DNA from: Octopus vulgaris
Taxonomy: Eukaryota
Reading direction: 5' to 3'
DNA: 64,000 nucleotides
Assembly (NCBI GenBank): GCA_951406725.2
Contig: OX597817.1
Coordinates: 123,752,001 to 123,816,000, forward strand
Under the pieces are notes generated by a model that saw nothing but the letters and a program-made list of their open reading frames with translations, searched no databases and was not told where the DNA came from. Position 1 is the stretch's first letter. Every line of letters begins with the position of its first letter. The translations under genes and the position numbers were made by a program. Shown here piece by piece: positions 25,221 through 37,790 of this stretch.

Positions 25221-25839
25221 TTATGCGCTCACGTGGTCTCACTTTCATCCTATATTCTACCAATACCACTATCAACACTTACCTCTACCTTGGATTTTCT
25301 TTACCTCTTGGATACTTACCATCGGCTGCACCTCTCTTTCGCGGATCAAAGTGACTTTGCATTGATGTGAAATCCTTAAAAAATATACCACGACGTCTAC
25401 ACATTTCTCACCTTGAACTTTCAACCTTGAACTTGTTCGCATAAACTGTCCCGTTTGTTGTATTTTTATTTTCTCTTATATTACCACTTTTTTTACATTC
25501 ATTTCATGCTTTCCACATTTTCCTGAATTTTTGTTCTCCTTTCCGTCTTTCTTCCCTCTCTGGATGTCCATACTCCGTTTCCTCTGCCTGCACCCCCCTT
25601 TTTTTTGCCTCCCCCTCTCTCTGCTTCCCTTCTTTCTTTCCCTTTTCCGTTTGCCCCGTCTTTTCTGCCCCTATCGCTTACTTATCTAGTTTTTTTCATA
25701 CGATTATTATTTTTTTGTTTTTTTGAACGTTTGTTTTTTCCCCTTTTTTCGCTATCCTTTTTTTCTATTTTTTTCATACGATAATTTTTGTTTTTTGTGT
25801 TTTTTTGTTTTTTCGAACGTTTTTTTTCGCTATCCCATC

Positions 25840-28283
25840 ATGCCGGATCCTAGGTCCTACCTCCTCACCCTCCATCACCGTTTGAAGGATCATCTACGTT
25901 CGCTTCCTGTATATTGCCTTCTGCCGTCCGTTAATCTCTCTCTACTTCTTTTTAAAAAAAACCGCTTCTCTAGCCATGTCTCTTTCCTAAGCCGCTGCCT
26001 ACATCACCGACTCATCCCTAAAGGTTTCCGCCTCCACTTCCACCCTGCTCTCCACTCGGATTCTTCCATCTTACCCATACACCGCACCACATCTTACCGC
26101 CTTATGCGGGCCACCATTCGCTCCAATCTCTCCAAACTACATGCCATCAACCGCCTTCTTCCTCCTGCTTTCTCCACCTTCTTCTCCTCTCTGCCGCCTC
26201 TCTATGCTCCAAACACGCTACGCTTCATTATCCATTTGAATCAACTCTTCCATCAATTTCTTTCTGATACCAAACTTCGTAAACTCCAATCACTCTTCCA
26301 TTCCACCCTACCCGACGCCACTACCCCAACTCCTCCACCACCCTTCTCCCCTCCCGATAGGCTCCATCCACCCACACCTAACCCCACTGCCCCTCCCTAC
26401 AACCCCTTCTCCCCTCCCGTTAGGCTCCATCCACCTACACCTAACCCTACTGTCTTCGTGCCCTCCAACGGCGCGCTGACATTATCATCAAACCGGCTGA
26501 CAAGGGTGGAGCTGTAGTGGTGTGGCGCGCGGACCTCTATAGGGCCGAGGCTTTCCGCCAACTCAATGACACCTCCTTCTATTCCCCTCTGCCCTCTAAC
26601 CCCACACGTAGCTACCAACAGACGGTATCCTCTACTGTCCAAGACCTCATCTCGTCCTCCCGTCTACCCCGCACCGCATCCAACCTAATTGTGCGAACCC
26701 CACGTACCCCCACCATTTACTTCCTCCCCAAAATCCACAAATCCAACAACCCTGGCCGCCCCATCGTCTCCGCCTGTAACTGCCCCACGGAGCTCATCTC
26801 TAAATACCTCGACCGTGTCCTTGCCCCCCTAGTGGCATCTCTTCCCTCCCACATCCACGATACCAACCATGCTCTCCGGCTTTTCAACTCTTTCTCCTTT
26901 CCTCCCGGCTCCTCCAAAATCCTTTTTACTATGGACATCCAAAGCCTCTATACTGTTATCCCTCACCACGAAGGACTGCAGGCCCTTCGACACTTTCTTG
27001 ACCTCTGCTCTAACCCTGTACCTGACACCTCCACACTCATTCGTCTGGCCGAACTTGTCCTTACTCTGAACTGCTTCTCGTTCGCGGGCGAGTTCTACCA
27101 TCAGGTCTCGGGAGTGGCCATGGGAACGCGAATGGGCCCCAACTATGCGAACCTGTTCGTTGGCTATGTTGAGGCCCAAATATTCTCTAATTTCACTGGT
27201 CCCACTCCTGAACTATATGGTCGTTATATTGACGACATTATCGGTGCCACCTCACTCTCCCGCGAACATCTAGATTCCTTCCTCTCTTTCGTCCAATCTT
27301 TCCATACAGCCCTCCACTTCACTTCCACTATCTCCAACACCTCTGTCTCCTTCCTCGACATTTCGGTTAGCATTCTTCACTCCACTCTTACCACCTCCAT
27401 TCACTACAAACACACAGACTCACACTCATACCTCAACTTCTCTTCCTCCCACCCAGAACACACCAAGCTTTCCATCCCCTATTCCCAATTCCTCCGTCTA
27501 CGTAGGCTCTGTAGTGACGACCATGACTTTGAGACTCAGTCTCAACGTATGGCTCACCACTTCACCCTACGTGGATACCCCCCTCACCACTATCCACACC
27601 GCCCTTGCCAGAGCACGGTCCGTGGACCGTGTATCTGCTCTCTCTCCCCGAACCCGCCCTGTAGTCTCCCGCCTCCCTTTTCCCCTCACTTACCACCCCA
27701 CGACCCTACGTCTCCAACGCACCATTCTTCGAGCTTTCCGTCATCTCCAGTCCGACCCGTCCACTTCACACCTCTTCCCTAACCGACCCCTCCCCTCTTT
27801 CAAACGAGCCCACAACCTTCGAGACCTTTTGGTCCATAGCTCCTTCCCTGACCCTACCTCCCAACCCGGCTCGTTCCCCTGCTCCCGCCCACGTTGCCGC
27901 ACTTGCCCTTACCTCTCCAACACCACCCGCCTCACTAGCACCCACCATCGACCCTATCCCATCATCCACTCCTTCACCTGCACCTCCAGCAATATTATCT
28001 ATTGCATCTCTTGCTCTCTCTGCAATTCCTTGTACATCGGACAAACGGGACGCCGCTTGGCTGACCGGTTCGCGGAACACCTTCGTGACATCCACCTTGC
28101 GAACGACACACCGGTCTCACGCCATTTCCGCTCCACCGGTCACCCCTTGCTACACCTATCTGTGTTCGGTTTGTCCTTACACAGAGGCCATCCGGATTCC
28201 CGTTTGCGCCGTGAACAGGAATTAATCTTCTCTCTTCGCTCTTATACGCCATTTGGTCTCAACTCTCCCCCCTCCTCATCTAA
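25840..28283 (+). pseudogene. PLE reverse transcriptase / GIY-YIG endonuclease ORF (disrupted)
   Basis: FLSRC..LIPKGF; IKPADKGGAVVVW; LPKIHK..PGRPIVS; MDIQSLYT; GVAMG..MGPNYANLF; RYIDDI; FLDI; CSRPRCRTC; NIIYCISCSLC..YIGQTGR..RFAEH; GLN. Frame breaks at ~26455 (probable internal deletion), 27578-27583 (extra C) and ~28270. Confidence 0.93.
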
Positions 28284-28500
28284 CCCCCCTCTCCCCCTCC
28301 TCACCTATCCTTTCTCCCCCCGACCCCTACTTCTTCAGTCCTTCATCCTTTCACCCCTACTCCCTTCCCTTCTTCCCTCTTTCTCCCTCCCTCTTCCCCT
28401 TCCCTCTGCTCCCTCACTCCCTCTCTCCCCCTCTCCCTCTTTCCTCCTTCATCCCCCTCCTCCCCTTCCTTCTCCCCCATCCTCTCCTCTTCCCCTTCTC

Positions 28501-29250
28501 CTCCCCCTCTTCTTCCCCTCCCCTTCTCTCCCCCCTCTTCTCCCCATCCCAATCTTCTCCTCACTACACCACATGACTTCACACATCACATCACATATGA
28601 TGTGCCATAATAATACACACACCAACTAATACATACTAATACGTACTAATACATACTAGTACATACTAATACTTACACCAACCCTATACATACACACGTC
28701 CAGACCCCGCATACGCACTTATACTCTCTCACACACACACACACACACCTATACATACCAATACGTACTAATACATACTAATACATACTAATACATACAC
28801 CAACCCCATACATACGCACGTCCAGACCAATCCTACGCACTAATACTCTCTCATACACACACACACACACACACACACCCTTATACATACTAATACATAC
28901 ACCAACCCTATACATACACACATCCAGACCCCTCCCACGCACTTTTAGCTGGTCCCTCAACCCTTTTATCAACCCTATTATCTCCCCTTATTTCGCTCTC
29001 GCGTCTCATGTTTGATCTTTGACCTCTGGCCGAAATCAGATCGCCATGTTGATTCGTTAGCTACTGCACGCATTTTTTTCTCTCCTTCTTTCTGTGTTTT
29101 TCTCTCTCTGTGTATCTTTCTGTTGAAGAGCGTAGGCTCGAAACGTTAAAGACTTGTTTTATTTATATTTCCTGAGCGCCATACTAATACAATTGTTCGT
29201 TTGTTTTCCACCTGCCTTCGTCTTTTGTTTATTTTCATAAAGCTTCCCGT

Positions 29251-29256
<6 letters not shown>
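28501..29256 (+). repeat. Downstream pseudo-LTR of the PLE
   Basis: Direct repeat of 24464-25220; ends CCCGT-(TA)n. Confidence 0.95.
29115..29152 (+). ncRNA. Second copy of the variant hammerhead motif
   Basis: Identical to 25079-25116. Confidence 0.7.
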
Positions 29257-29309
<53 letters not shown>

Positions 29310-29341
29310 ATATATATACACATTTATTTACCTATTTATTT

Positions 29342-29640
29342 AGGCACTCGCGTGGCTGCATGGTAAGAAGCTTGCTTTCCAGCCATATAATTCTGGATTC
29401 AGTCCCAATGTGTGGCACCTTGGGCAAGTGGCATCTACTATAGCTTCGAGCCAACCAAAACTTTTGAGCGGATTTGGTAGAAGGAAACTGAAAGAAGTCC
29501 GCCATGTATATATGTGTATGTGTATGATTTGTATCTGTCCCTGTACTGCTTGAAACTAGTGTTGGTGTGTTTACATCCCTGTTACTCAGTAGTTCAGCAA
29601 AAGAGACTGATAGAATAAGTCTCAGGCTGCAAAAAACAGT
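29342..29640 (+). mobile_element. SINE family A, diverged copy
   Basis: TGGCTGCATGGTAAG...GGATTCAGTCCCA...GGCACCTTGGGCAAGTG. Confidence 0.8.
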
Positions 29641-29712
29641 ATGGACACAGTTTAATGAGTGAAACATGAAAAAGATAAACGATATATGTGTGTATATATA
29701 TATACACATTTG

Positions 29713-29761
<49 letters not shown>

Positions 29762-29786
29762 GCATATACACATATGTATATACATA

Positions 29787-29841
<55 letters not shown>

Positions 29842-30403
29842 CCTTGTTTAATATCAGTTGATAGATAACGGCAAGTCATACAAAGGGTGTTCATTTGTAA
29901 TCGAGTGAGAAAACATGTCAGGCCTATTGGACTTTTCGTATATAAAAAAAATCGAACATCATCAAATGATGTTTCACCAGAGATCAACAGACATCATCAA
30001 TTGATGGTTCAAAAATTTTAAATGGATATGACCATCATCAAAGGAAAGTAAATATTTTATGGTACTTTTCGATAATGAGATCATAAATTTTATTGTGCGA
30101 AAGACAAACAACTATTATAGCTTTTCTGCTTATTTAAAGTGAAAATAAGTGTGAAAATTACTCTTATGATAAAGAATCTTCGTTTTTTGCCCATTTGATT
30201 TACAATTATCCTGTAATCCTTTTCTGGTATTTAAGGGTTCAAAGTCTACGAAAAATATTACATTGCTTGGAAGCAGATGAATGTTATTGACAGAAAGTGC
30301 ATATACCTGTATAAAGTTTACTTCAAAAAATTTCATCTCATGCATGCAAGCATGGTAATGTGGATATTAAAGTGATGACGATGATGAGGATATAAGCAAG
30401 TAC

Positions 30404-30434
<31 letters not shown>

Positions 30435-30504
30435 AGTGTGTGTGTGTCTCTGTGTGTGTGAGTGTGTGTGTGTGTATATGTATCTTCATCTACATATAAA
30501 TATT

Positions 30505-30583
<79 letters not shown>

Positions 30584-30584
30584 G

Positions 30585-31090
30585 TAATAGAAATATTAGA
30601 ATTACTAAGTCTCTCTAAAAGAGATTACGACAGCGTTACTGGAAATTAATTGTTATCGCCATATTAATTTGGCAATCTTATAGATATAAGACTAAAAGCT
30701 GTCGCTGATTAGCTCCATGAGGCCATCGCCTTAAGATAGCTATATGACACACAAACTGTGTCCATTAGAACCTTCGAATAAGGGAGGTCAGCCGCTTCAC
30801 ACTGCTAGTCAGACAGCTACAGACGCATTTCAGGGTATTTGCCCCTTGTCAATGTAGCGTAGTCGACTCAGCAGGTGTCGCCACTGATCGTCTCTGTTCG
30901 AAGGTTCTATTTACCTATTTTCGGTGGAATACATCCACTTGTTTTCAATAATAGAAATATTAAAATTACTAATGGACACAGTTTGTGTGTCATATAGCTA
31001 TCTTAAGGCGATGGCCTCATGGAGCTAATCAGCGACAGCTTTTAGTCTTATATCTATAAGATTGCCATATTAATATGGCGATAACAATTA
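30585..31090. mobile_element. (TA)n-flanked foldback element, probably a PLE terminus
   Basis: 122 bp inverted arms 30647-30768 / 30969-31090 (one mismatch seen), short direct repeat at 30585 and 30949, internal hairpin with hammerhead remnant. Confidence 0.75.
30816..30858 (-). ncRNA. Decayed type I hammerhead ribozyme
   Basis: Minus strand GCTACA-TTGACAA-GGGG(caaata)CCCT-GAAA-TGCGTC-TGTAGC: perfect stem I, stem II, core two transitions from CTGACGA. Confidence 0.65.
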
Positions 31091-31110
31091 TATATATATG
31101 TATATATGTA

Positions 31111-31160
<50 letters not shown>

Positions 31161-32356
31161 AATACAAAATGGGACAAGAACACAAAACATCCAGGCAACT
31201 ATGTGATACAAAAAGGGACAACAAAACATCTAGATAGACGATACAAAAAAACAAGGACAGGGCATTTGAAGCTTCCTATCCTCAGTCAAGAACTGGATCA
31301 TCCTTGCAATTTCAGCTGATTTATCTTGAGATTGATCCAATATGGCCAGGCCCAAGGAAAAACTAAGCTAGGAGCATTAGATTCCTTTGTTCTCTTATAT
31401 GTAAGTACACATTTTACAAAATCTTGTATGATTCTATTTCTATCAACCCTTTGACACTTATTCGTTCATTTCACTCTTCATTCTTTCGTTCCCCCTCTCT
31501 CACATTTCTTTGTCTTCTCTTCTTACTTTCTCTCCACTTTTCAGTTCACTATGTCTTATTTCCTTATATATCATATTTCCTTATATATACCAAGTAAATA
31601 GAAACTTGCTATAGGGAGAGCAGACAGCAGAATAAATTTTCAGAGGCAGAACTCACATCCAGCAAATGTTTTGCACTATGAGATGCTGACAATCTAAGGG
31701 AGCCAGGATCACCTAGATCATGACACCTGCTGTTTTTAAAATACTACCTTTAATGGAGATTGACTTGGAACCTTCAGATTATCTTATTTTCCTGAACTGT
31801 GGTGTGTATCACTCAGCCAAGAAAGCCACCACAAGAACTTACACTGTGGATTAATTTCAAACTGGGTTTTCCTCCTACTTGAAAGAGATTCGCAGTGACA
31901 ATTATTACTAAGGGAGCTAATTCTTTATTTGTAGGGTTAAAATGAATAGTTAATTCATGTTCTACTTCCAAGTTATAAAAATCAGTGTAAGAGCCATTTT
32001 TCATCTACCTTATTTTCATGATACATGTAGGTGATAAAATATGATAAAAATCTCCCTATTCCTAGTTTTTTAAGGACAAACATTAGGCTGACATTATCTT
32101 AGCTTAAATATGTATAAATACTATAAAATGTGTGTAAATACACACACACATGCATGCACATACGCACATGCACGCACACACATGCAAGTGCATGCACACA
32201 CATATACACACACACATGACAAGCTTCTTTAAATTACTGTCTATCAAATCCATTCATAAGTCCTTGGTTGGCCTGAGGTTAAATGTTAAGTAGTAGGATT
32301 GAACCTAAAACCATGTGATTGTGAAGCAAACTTCTCAACCACTCACCTATACTTGT

Positions 32357-32436
<80 letters not shown>

Positions 32437-32595
32437 CATATTATATATTACATATTATATATTATAAGAACATGCAATATATATTTATAAATATGGTTTC
32501 ATGGAAAGATTTCATTAAATTTGCAAGCTCTCATTCATTTTGATATTCTAAATATATTACATATTTGGTAATCTCCACAGTGATGTTGATATCTA

Positions 32596-32626
<31 letters not shown>

Positions 32627-33165
32627 ATGTATATATATATAGATATATAAATATAGATATATATACACATGCACCCACACATACATATATATATACATAT
32701 ATGTGTGTGTATATATATATATATATATATTTGGGTTTTTATCTCTGCATCTACGTGTGAGTCTCTGCCTGAATGGTACATGTCCAAACTTGCATACTAA
32801 ATAATATTTGGACGAACAGTCAGCTTGTATATAACACTCATCATGAAATACCACTAATCAAATATGTTATAGCATATGAATACTAATGTGGAATCAAACT
32901 AAATCTGGTTGTCGCAGGCACAGAAAGAATAAAAGAGTGACCAAAAGCTGAACATGATCTGGTTATAATACTTGCTTTTGCCAGTGAAAGTAGATGTGTG
33001 TTTGAGTCTGATATATATAATTCTATACACTTATGCATAAATATGTTTGTGTATACACACACACAGACATATATATGTATATACACATTTTCATACACAC
33101 ATGTACATGCGTATACGAACACATACACATATGTACACATGTATATTTATGTACATACATATAAG

Positions 33166-33197
<32 letters not shown>

Positions 33198-34572
33198 TAT
33201 ACACATATACATACAATATATTACATATATACAATATATTTACTTATACACAGACATATACATATATGTACATACATCCAGTATATGCACATGCATGTAT
33301 ATCTATGTATATATATATATCTATATATCTATCTATCTATCTATCCACATATATATATATTTATGTATGTATATATGCATACTTGTGTCTTAGGCGTCTT
33401 CTTTTTTCTCTTCCATTGCATTGAAAGTTATTGTAGAAAGTCAAAGAAGGCCAGTGTGAAATATATTTACATTGGTTTAATGTAAGGTTATCTGGAGAAC
33501 TACAAGAAAACCAAACTCAGCACGAAAATTGTCTGAAGAACAAATAGATATGGGAAATAAAACGAGAAAATAGTATAGAGAGTCGCGAGAGATAAGTACA
33601 ATATATTGTCCTCAGATAGTTGATACAGCTGAATCATACTGCGAATTGGCAAGCATAATTCTTTAATATATTTCTGAGGTCATATGACACTGGGCATTGT
33701 TTTCCAAAATGTCTATTTAATGATAATTTCTCCAGTAAGCAATTACAAAGTATGAACATGAAAGAAAAGAAAAAAAAGTAAAAGAAAGAAAACCATAAAA
33801 AAAAACAAATCACATGATGTATAGTTGTTTCCTACATACTGGGAATTACTGATTTATACACGTACACACTTGTTATGTATTACAAGTGTTCACTTAATAA
33901 TTGTGATTATTGTTTACAGTACACACGATATACTTGATGTTGGCGAGTGGCAAACATTTTGGCAGAGAATGTAAAGTTCTCAGCAGACCAAGACTATGAC
34001 CCTGGTTTAATTCCCATTTGTGGTTATTTCAGATTAAAGAACAAAAGAATTAATAAAGCAGGCCAGCACCCGTGATTATAACTTTTGTCTTTTTGTCTTC
34101 TAAATCTTGAGAAACTGATGCTTCTGGCATACACTTTAAAGCTCTCATCTAACCAAGTTTATGAGAAAATTTAAATCATGTTCGTTGCTATTTCATATTT
34201 TTCCTTCTTTTTTTTTTTACTAAAACTTAATTGGGAGAAGCAGAGTTGGGATGGCTTCAGACATATCTATTATCTTTATAGGTTTTCAGTCTAGTAAAAT
34301 TACTGATGACATAGACTGTAGACTTTCAGTAAATCAAATCTATGCCAAAATTTACTTCCTATTTTTAGCTGCTATTTCAATTTTTGCTTCCATAAGAAAA
34401 ATTAAGTACAAGACTTCTGAGCATGAACTTTGTAGATCCTCTTAATCTTGTTAAAATAATGATGTTGTTTATTTAAGATTTAAAAAAAAATTTTTACAAT
34501 TTTTCAGTAGGTGTTATGCTGCAGTCAGTATGATCCTCGGTTATTATCAATCTTTTAATTCTTGGATGTATA

Positions 34573-35847
34573 CAAGGTGGAGAAGTATAATTTACAATGA
34601 ACGTTAAGTTGTTTTTTTCTCAGCAGGCACTAAGTCAATTGTTTTGAAACCTAGCATATATTGATGTCATACTCATACCTAACACTATTATCATTACCTT
34701 TTCAGAAACTTTTGCCCAAATGAGTAATCAGGAAAGCAAATGTCAAAGAGTGTGTGATTTTCTGAATGCACTTGTCACACCAAAGGAGATTTCAAGAATA
34801 GTTGGAGTGTCCTTAAAGACTGTTTACAATGTAAAGAATAGAATGACTATGAGCAAAACTATTACGAGGAAGTCTGGAAGTGGAGGAATCAACAAAAGAC
34901 GTACCAAAGCTTTTATTAAAGCTCTCAAATCTAAAATCCTAAAGGATCCAACCAAATCCATGAGAAAATGGCAAGTGAACTTGAGGTAGACAACAAGACC
35001 ATTAGAAATGTAGTAAAATATGATTTGAGGTTAAAATCTTACACAAAAACACCAAAACACTTGTTGACAACAGCTATGAAGGAAAAGAGATAGGAAAGGT
35101 GCAAGAAAATTATTACATGCTTCAAGAAAAAGTCCGCCATTGTAACAATCTTTTCAAATGAAAAGATCTTCACTGTCGATGCTGTTCTGAACTGCAGAAA
35201 TGACAGATTTATCGCAAAATCAACAGCTGAGGTTAAGGGAGCATTCAAAACAAAACATCCTGCTCAAGTTATGGCTTTTGGTGTTGTGGCTTCTGATGGA
35301 AAGAAAATGCCTATAAAATTCTACAAAGCCGATGAAAAGATCAATGTTAATACTTACTACAAGGCTCTGAGATACCAGGTATGGCCATGGCTTAAAGCAA
35401 ACTACCCAGATGGTAATTATATATGGACACAGGATGGTGCTCCAGCCCACACAGCTAGAAAAATAGAAGATTTCTGCAAATCTAACTTTAGCAATTGTTT
35501 GGAATCATGTTTATGGCCACTTTCTAGCCCAGATCTAAACCCTCTGGATTATGCTATTTGGGGCGTTTTAGAACATGCTACCAATAGAACATCACGCAGC
35601 AATGTCGAGTCTCTTAAAGATACTATTAAAGAAGAATGGGAGAAGTTGTCTCCCGAATATTTGAGGAACACTTGTGCAAGTTTCAGGAAGTGTGTGAAGG
35701 CAGTTATTGTGAAAGAAGGGGAGCACATAGAATAAAAACATTTTCTAATATGTAAATTGTCTTGTGGAAAATAAAATCTCATGACTTTCAATACACTGTC
35801 TTTCAATCCCTGTTTCAAAATATTGTAAATTTTGCTTCCCCACCCTG
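34573..35847 (+). mobile_element. Full-length Tc1/mariner DD37D (maT-type) DNA transposon
   Basis: 26-bp TIRs CAAGGTGGAGAAGTATAATTTACAAT / ATTGTAAATTTTGCTTCCCCACCCTG, TA on both sides, transposase inside. Confidence 0.93.
34720..35735 (+). pseudogene. DD37D transposase pseudogene
   Basis: HTH N-terminus; FS(N)EKIFTVD; WTQDGAPAH ... SPDLNPLDY with 37 residues between the last two Asp. Frameshift ~34970, TAG at 35091, first catalytic D reads N. Confidence 0.9.
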
Positions 35848-36689
35848 TATATAGTCAGACCCAAGTAAGGTAAGATTCTAGTGGGGCCTGTTGGCAAAGA
35901 CTTAAGATTTTAAGTATTTGGGGCATTTCTTTCTATTAATTTTCCCTGTACTGTTCATTTTTATCTTTCTCTTGTAAATTTAGTTATGTGGTTTGATGTG
36001 TTCTTTTCTAACCACTGTGCTGTTTTGTCAACTGGCACAATTATGTGTGGTAGTCATTTGATATGAAAATGTGATGTGTATAAACGAAATCCCAAAAGTC
36101 TGCAAAACAAACCTCCTTTTCTTGTTGCTGTGTACTGCCACGAGATTTGAGGGCAGCAACTTCTTGGGTAGTTATAGTTCTTTTTACAAGCACTCTAAAG
36201 AAAAATTTCATTTGTTAATATTTGAATAAGATATATTCTAGAGGGAGAATTAAAAAGATGTCTTTGCACTATAAGAGTCGATGACGGCGATGATGATGAT
36301 GATGATGATGATGACAATGACTGAGGTTGTTAAACTGTGATGATGATAATGATAATAAAAGATGATACATGAATACTCAGATGTTACAAGCAAATATCTG
36401 CAAAAGAATTAAATCAAGACAGCTGTCTATGAAAGGAAAGTGTAGAGAATTACTTTGTACAATGATTTGATACAATGCCTATAGCAGACAAAAACAGAAC
36501 AGTTTTCCCTTTTCACCATTTGATATATGTCAACCATGGAATTTGTTTACAATCAAACAGATTGATGTAGAGATTATTAAACTTCAACTCTTTATGTCAT
36601 GCCCCAATGGTCTTTTGCCTTTGAAAGCTGAAGGGAAACCAAAGTTGTTGCCCTTGATAGCAACAAAGCTTTTCACCATGGCTTGTATG

Positions 36690-36800
36690 AGAGACTTCTG
36701 CTAAAGCTGCTTACTTTTGTTCTTTATCCAACCATACTTAATAAGCTGGATAGTAAACTTCCTGTCAAATGACTCCTTTTCAGCATATGTTGATGGTCAC
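36690..36800 (+). mobile_element. Short CR1/L2-like RT fragment
   Basis: LISWIVNFLSNDSFSAYVDG resembles the LINE RT motif WI.SFL.NR...V.V.G. Confidence 0.4.
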
Positions 36801-37583
36801 TTTCATATCTTTCTCTCTCTCCTCCTCCTCCTCCTCCTCCCACTAATTTTCTCTATTATTTTCTCATTCATTCTTGTTCTATCAACTTTTATGTATCACA
36901 GTGTGAAGTTATTTCCTTCATCATCTTTCTTGCTAAGATTATTTGCCTTTATGCTGACACTTCTAACTTTATGCACAGCAATGCAGACATGGCCTAGAAA
37001 TTCTATGCCTGGTCATTAAACTTAAAAATAACAGCCAGATTATCTTGCTGTTAAAACTTACCATTTCAGAGCAAGAAGGACAGATTTGGAAATGTGGCCC
37101 TATAAGGGCATTTACTGAGAAAAAGATGGTTGATCATGGTTGGAATGCTTTTAATCATAAATCTCCTCAACTGGAACTGAGCAGGGGTTAAAAACAACAA
37201 AAATACCATACAAGAAATTAACAATAAAGCTTCTACAAAGAGATGGTGTCAGCCCTCCTGGTGACGTTGATGATCGCCTGGGGCTAAATGCATCAGTAAC
37301 ACCCCCACCGCCCTGCCTTGTCCCTAGCCACATTCAGATGGCTGATGCCCCTTATGTTATAGAGCAGTTACTGTTTATATCTCGTTTAGAGATTTATTAT
37401 TGCAAAGAAAACTCTATTTGCCAGAAATAGCAACCAAGTCTTCTGCAAAACCTGCCTCACTCATCTTAAGGACACATTAGAGGATTTAGTTAATGGCACT
37501 CATGACTGGAATTATTGCAAGTTTGATTAGAACTGATCAAGGATGAAACAACAACAAAAGCAACAAGTACAACATATGACAAA

Positions 37584-37790
37584 TCCTTTAGCATTTTAAC
37601 TGGCTATACCTGGCCCTAATATTCTGCTTGTGTTATATTCAAACTGGCCAGATCCAGTCTCTCACACCTACCCTACATTGTCATTCTAAATATAAATAAC
37701 TGTATCATCAAAATTTTGAAGCTAGAAGGTAGCTCAGGATTAATTACAAACAATATAAATAAATAAACATTATATTTGACAGAGAAATCA
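37584..37790. mobile_element. MITE, same family as 3903-4596, opposite orientation
   Basis: CCTTTAGCATTT..CTCACACCTACCCTACA..TCATTCTAAA..TTATATTTGACAGAG is the reverse complement of the 3910-4080 and 4545-4590 sequence. Confidence 0.6.

Larger units (their letters stand above)
24464..29256 (+). mobile_element. Penelope-like element (Neptune-type) in partial-tandem (pseudo-LTR) arrangement
   Basis: RT + Cys-rich linker + GIY-YIG between two near-identical ~755 bp direct repeats; 3' end runs into (TA)n. Confidence 0.95.

Noticed and set aside
26397-28582. Several antisense ORFs over the PLE
   Set aside because: Expected from the C-rich sense strand; no motifs.
28284-28629. Pro/Leu/Ser-rich C-terminal extension of the PLE protein
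   Set aside because: Readthrough into the polypyrimidine UTR caused by an indel in a C run after the GLN motif.
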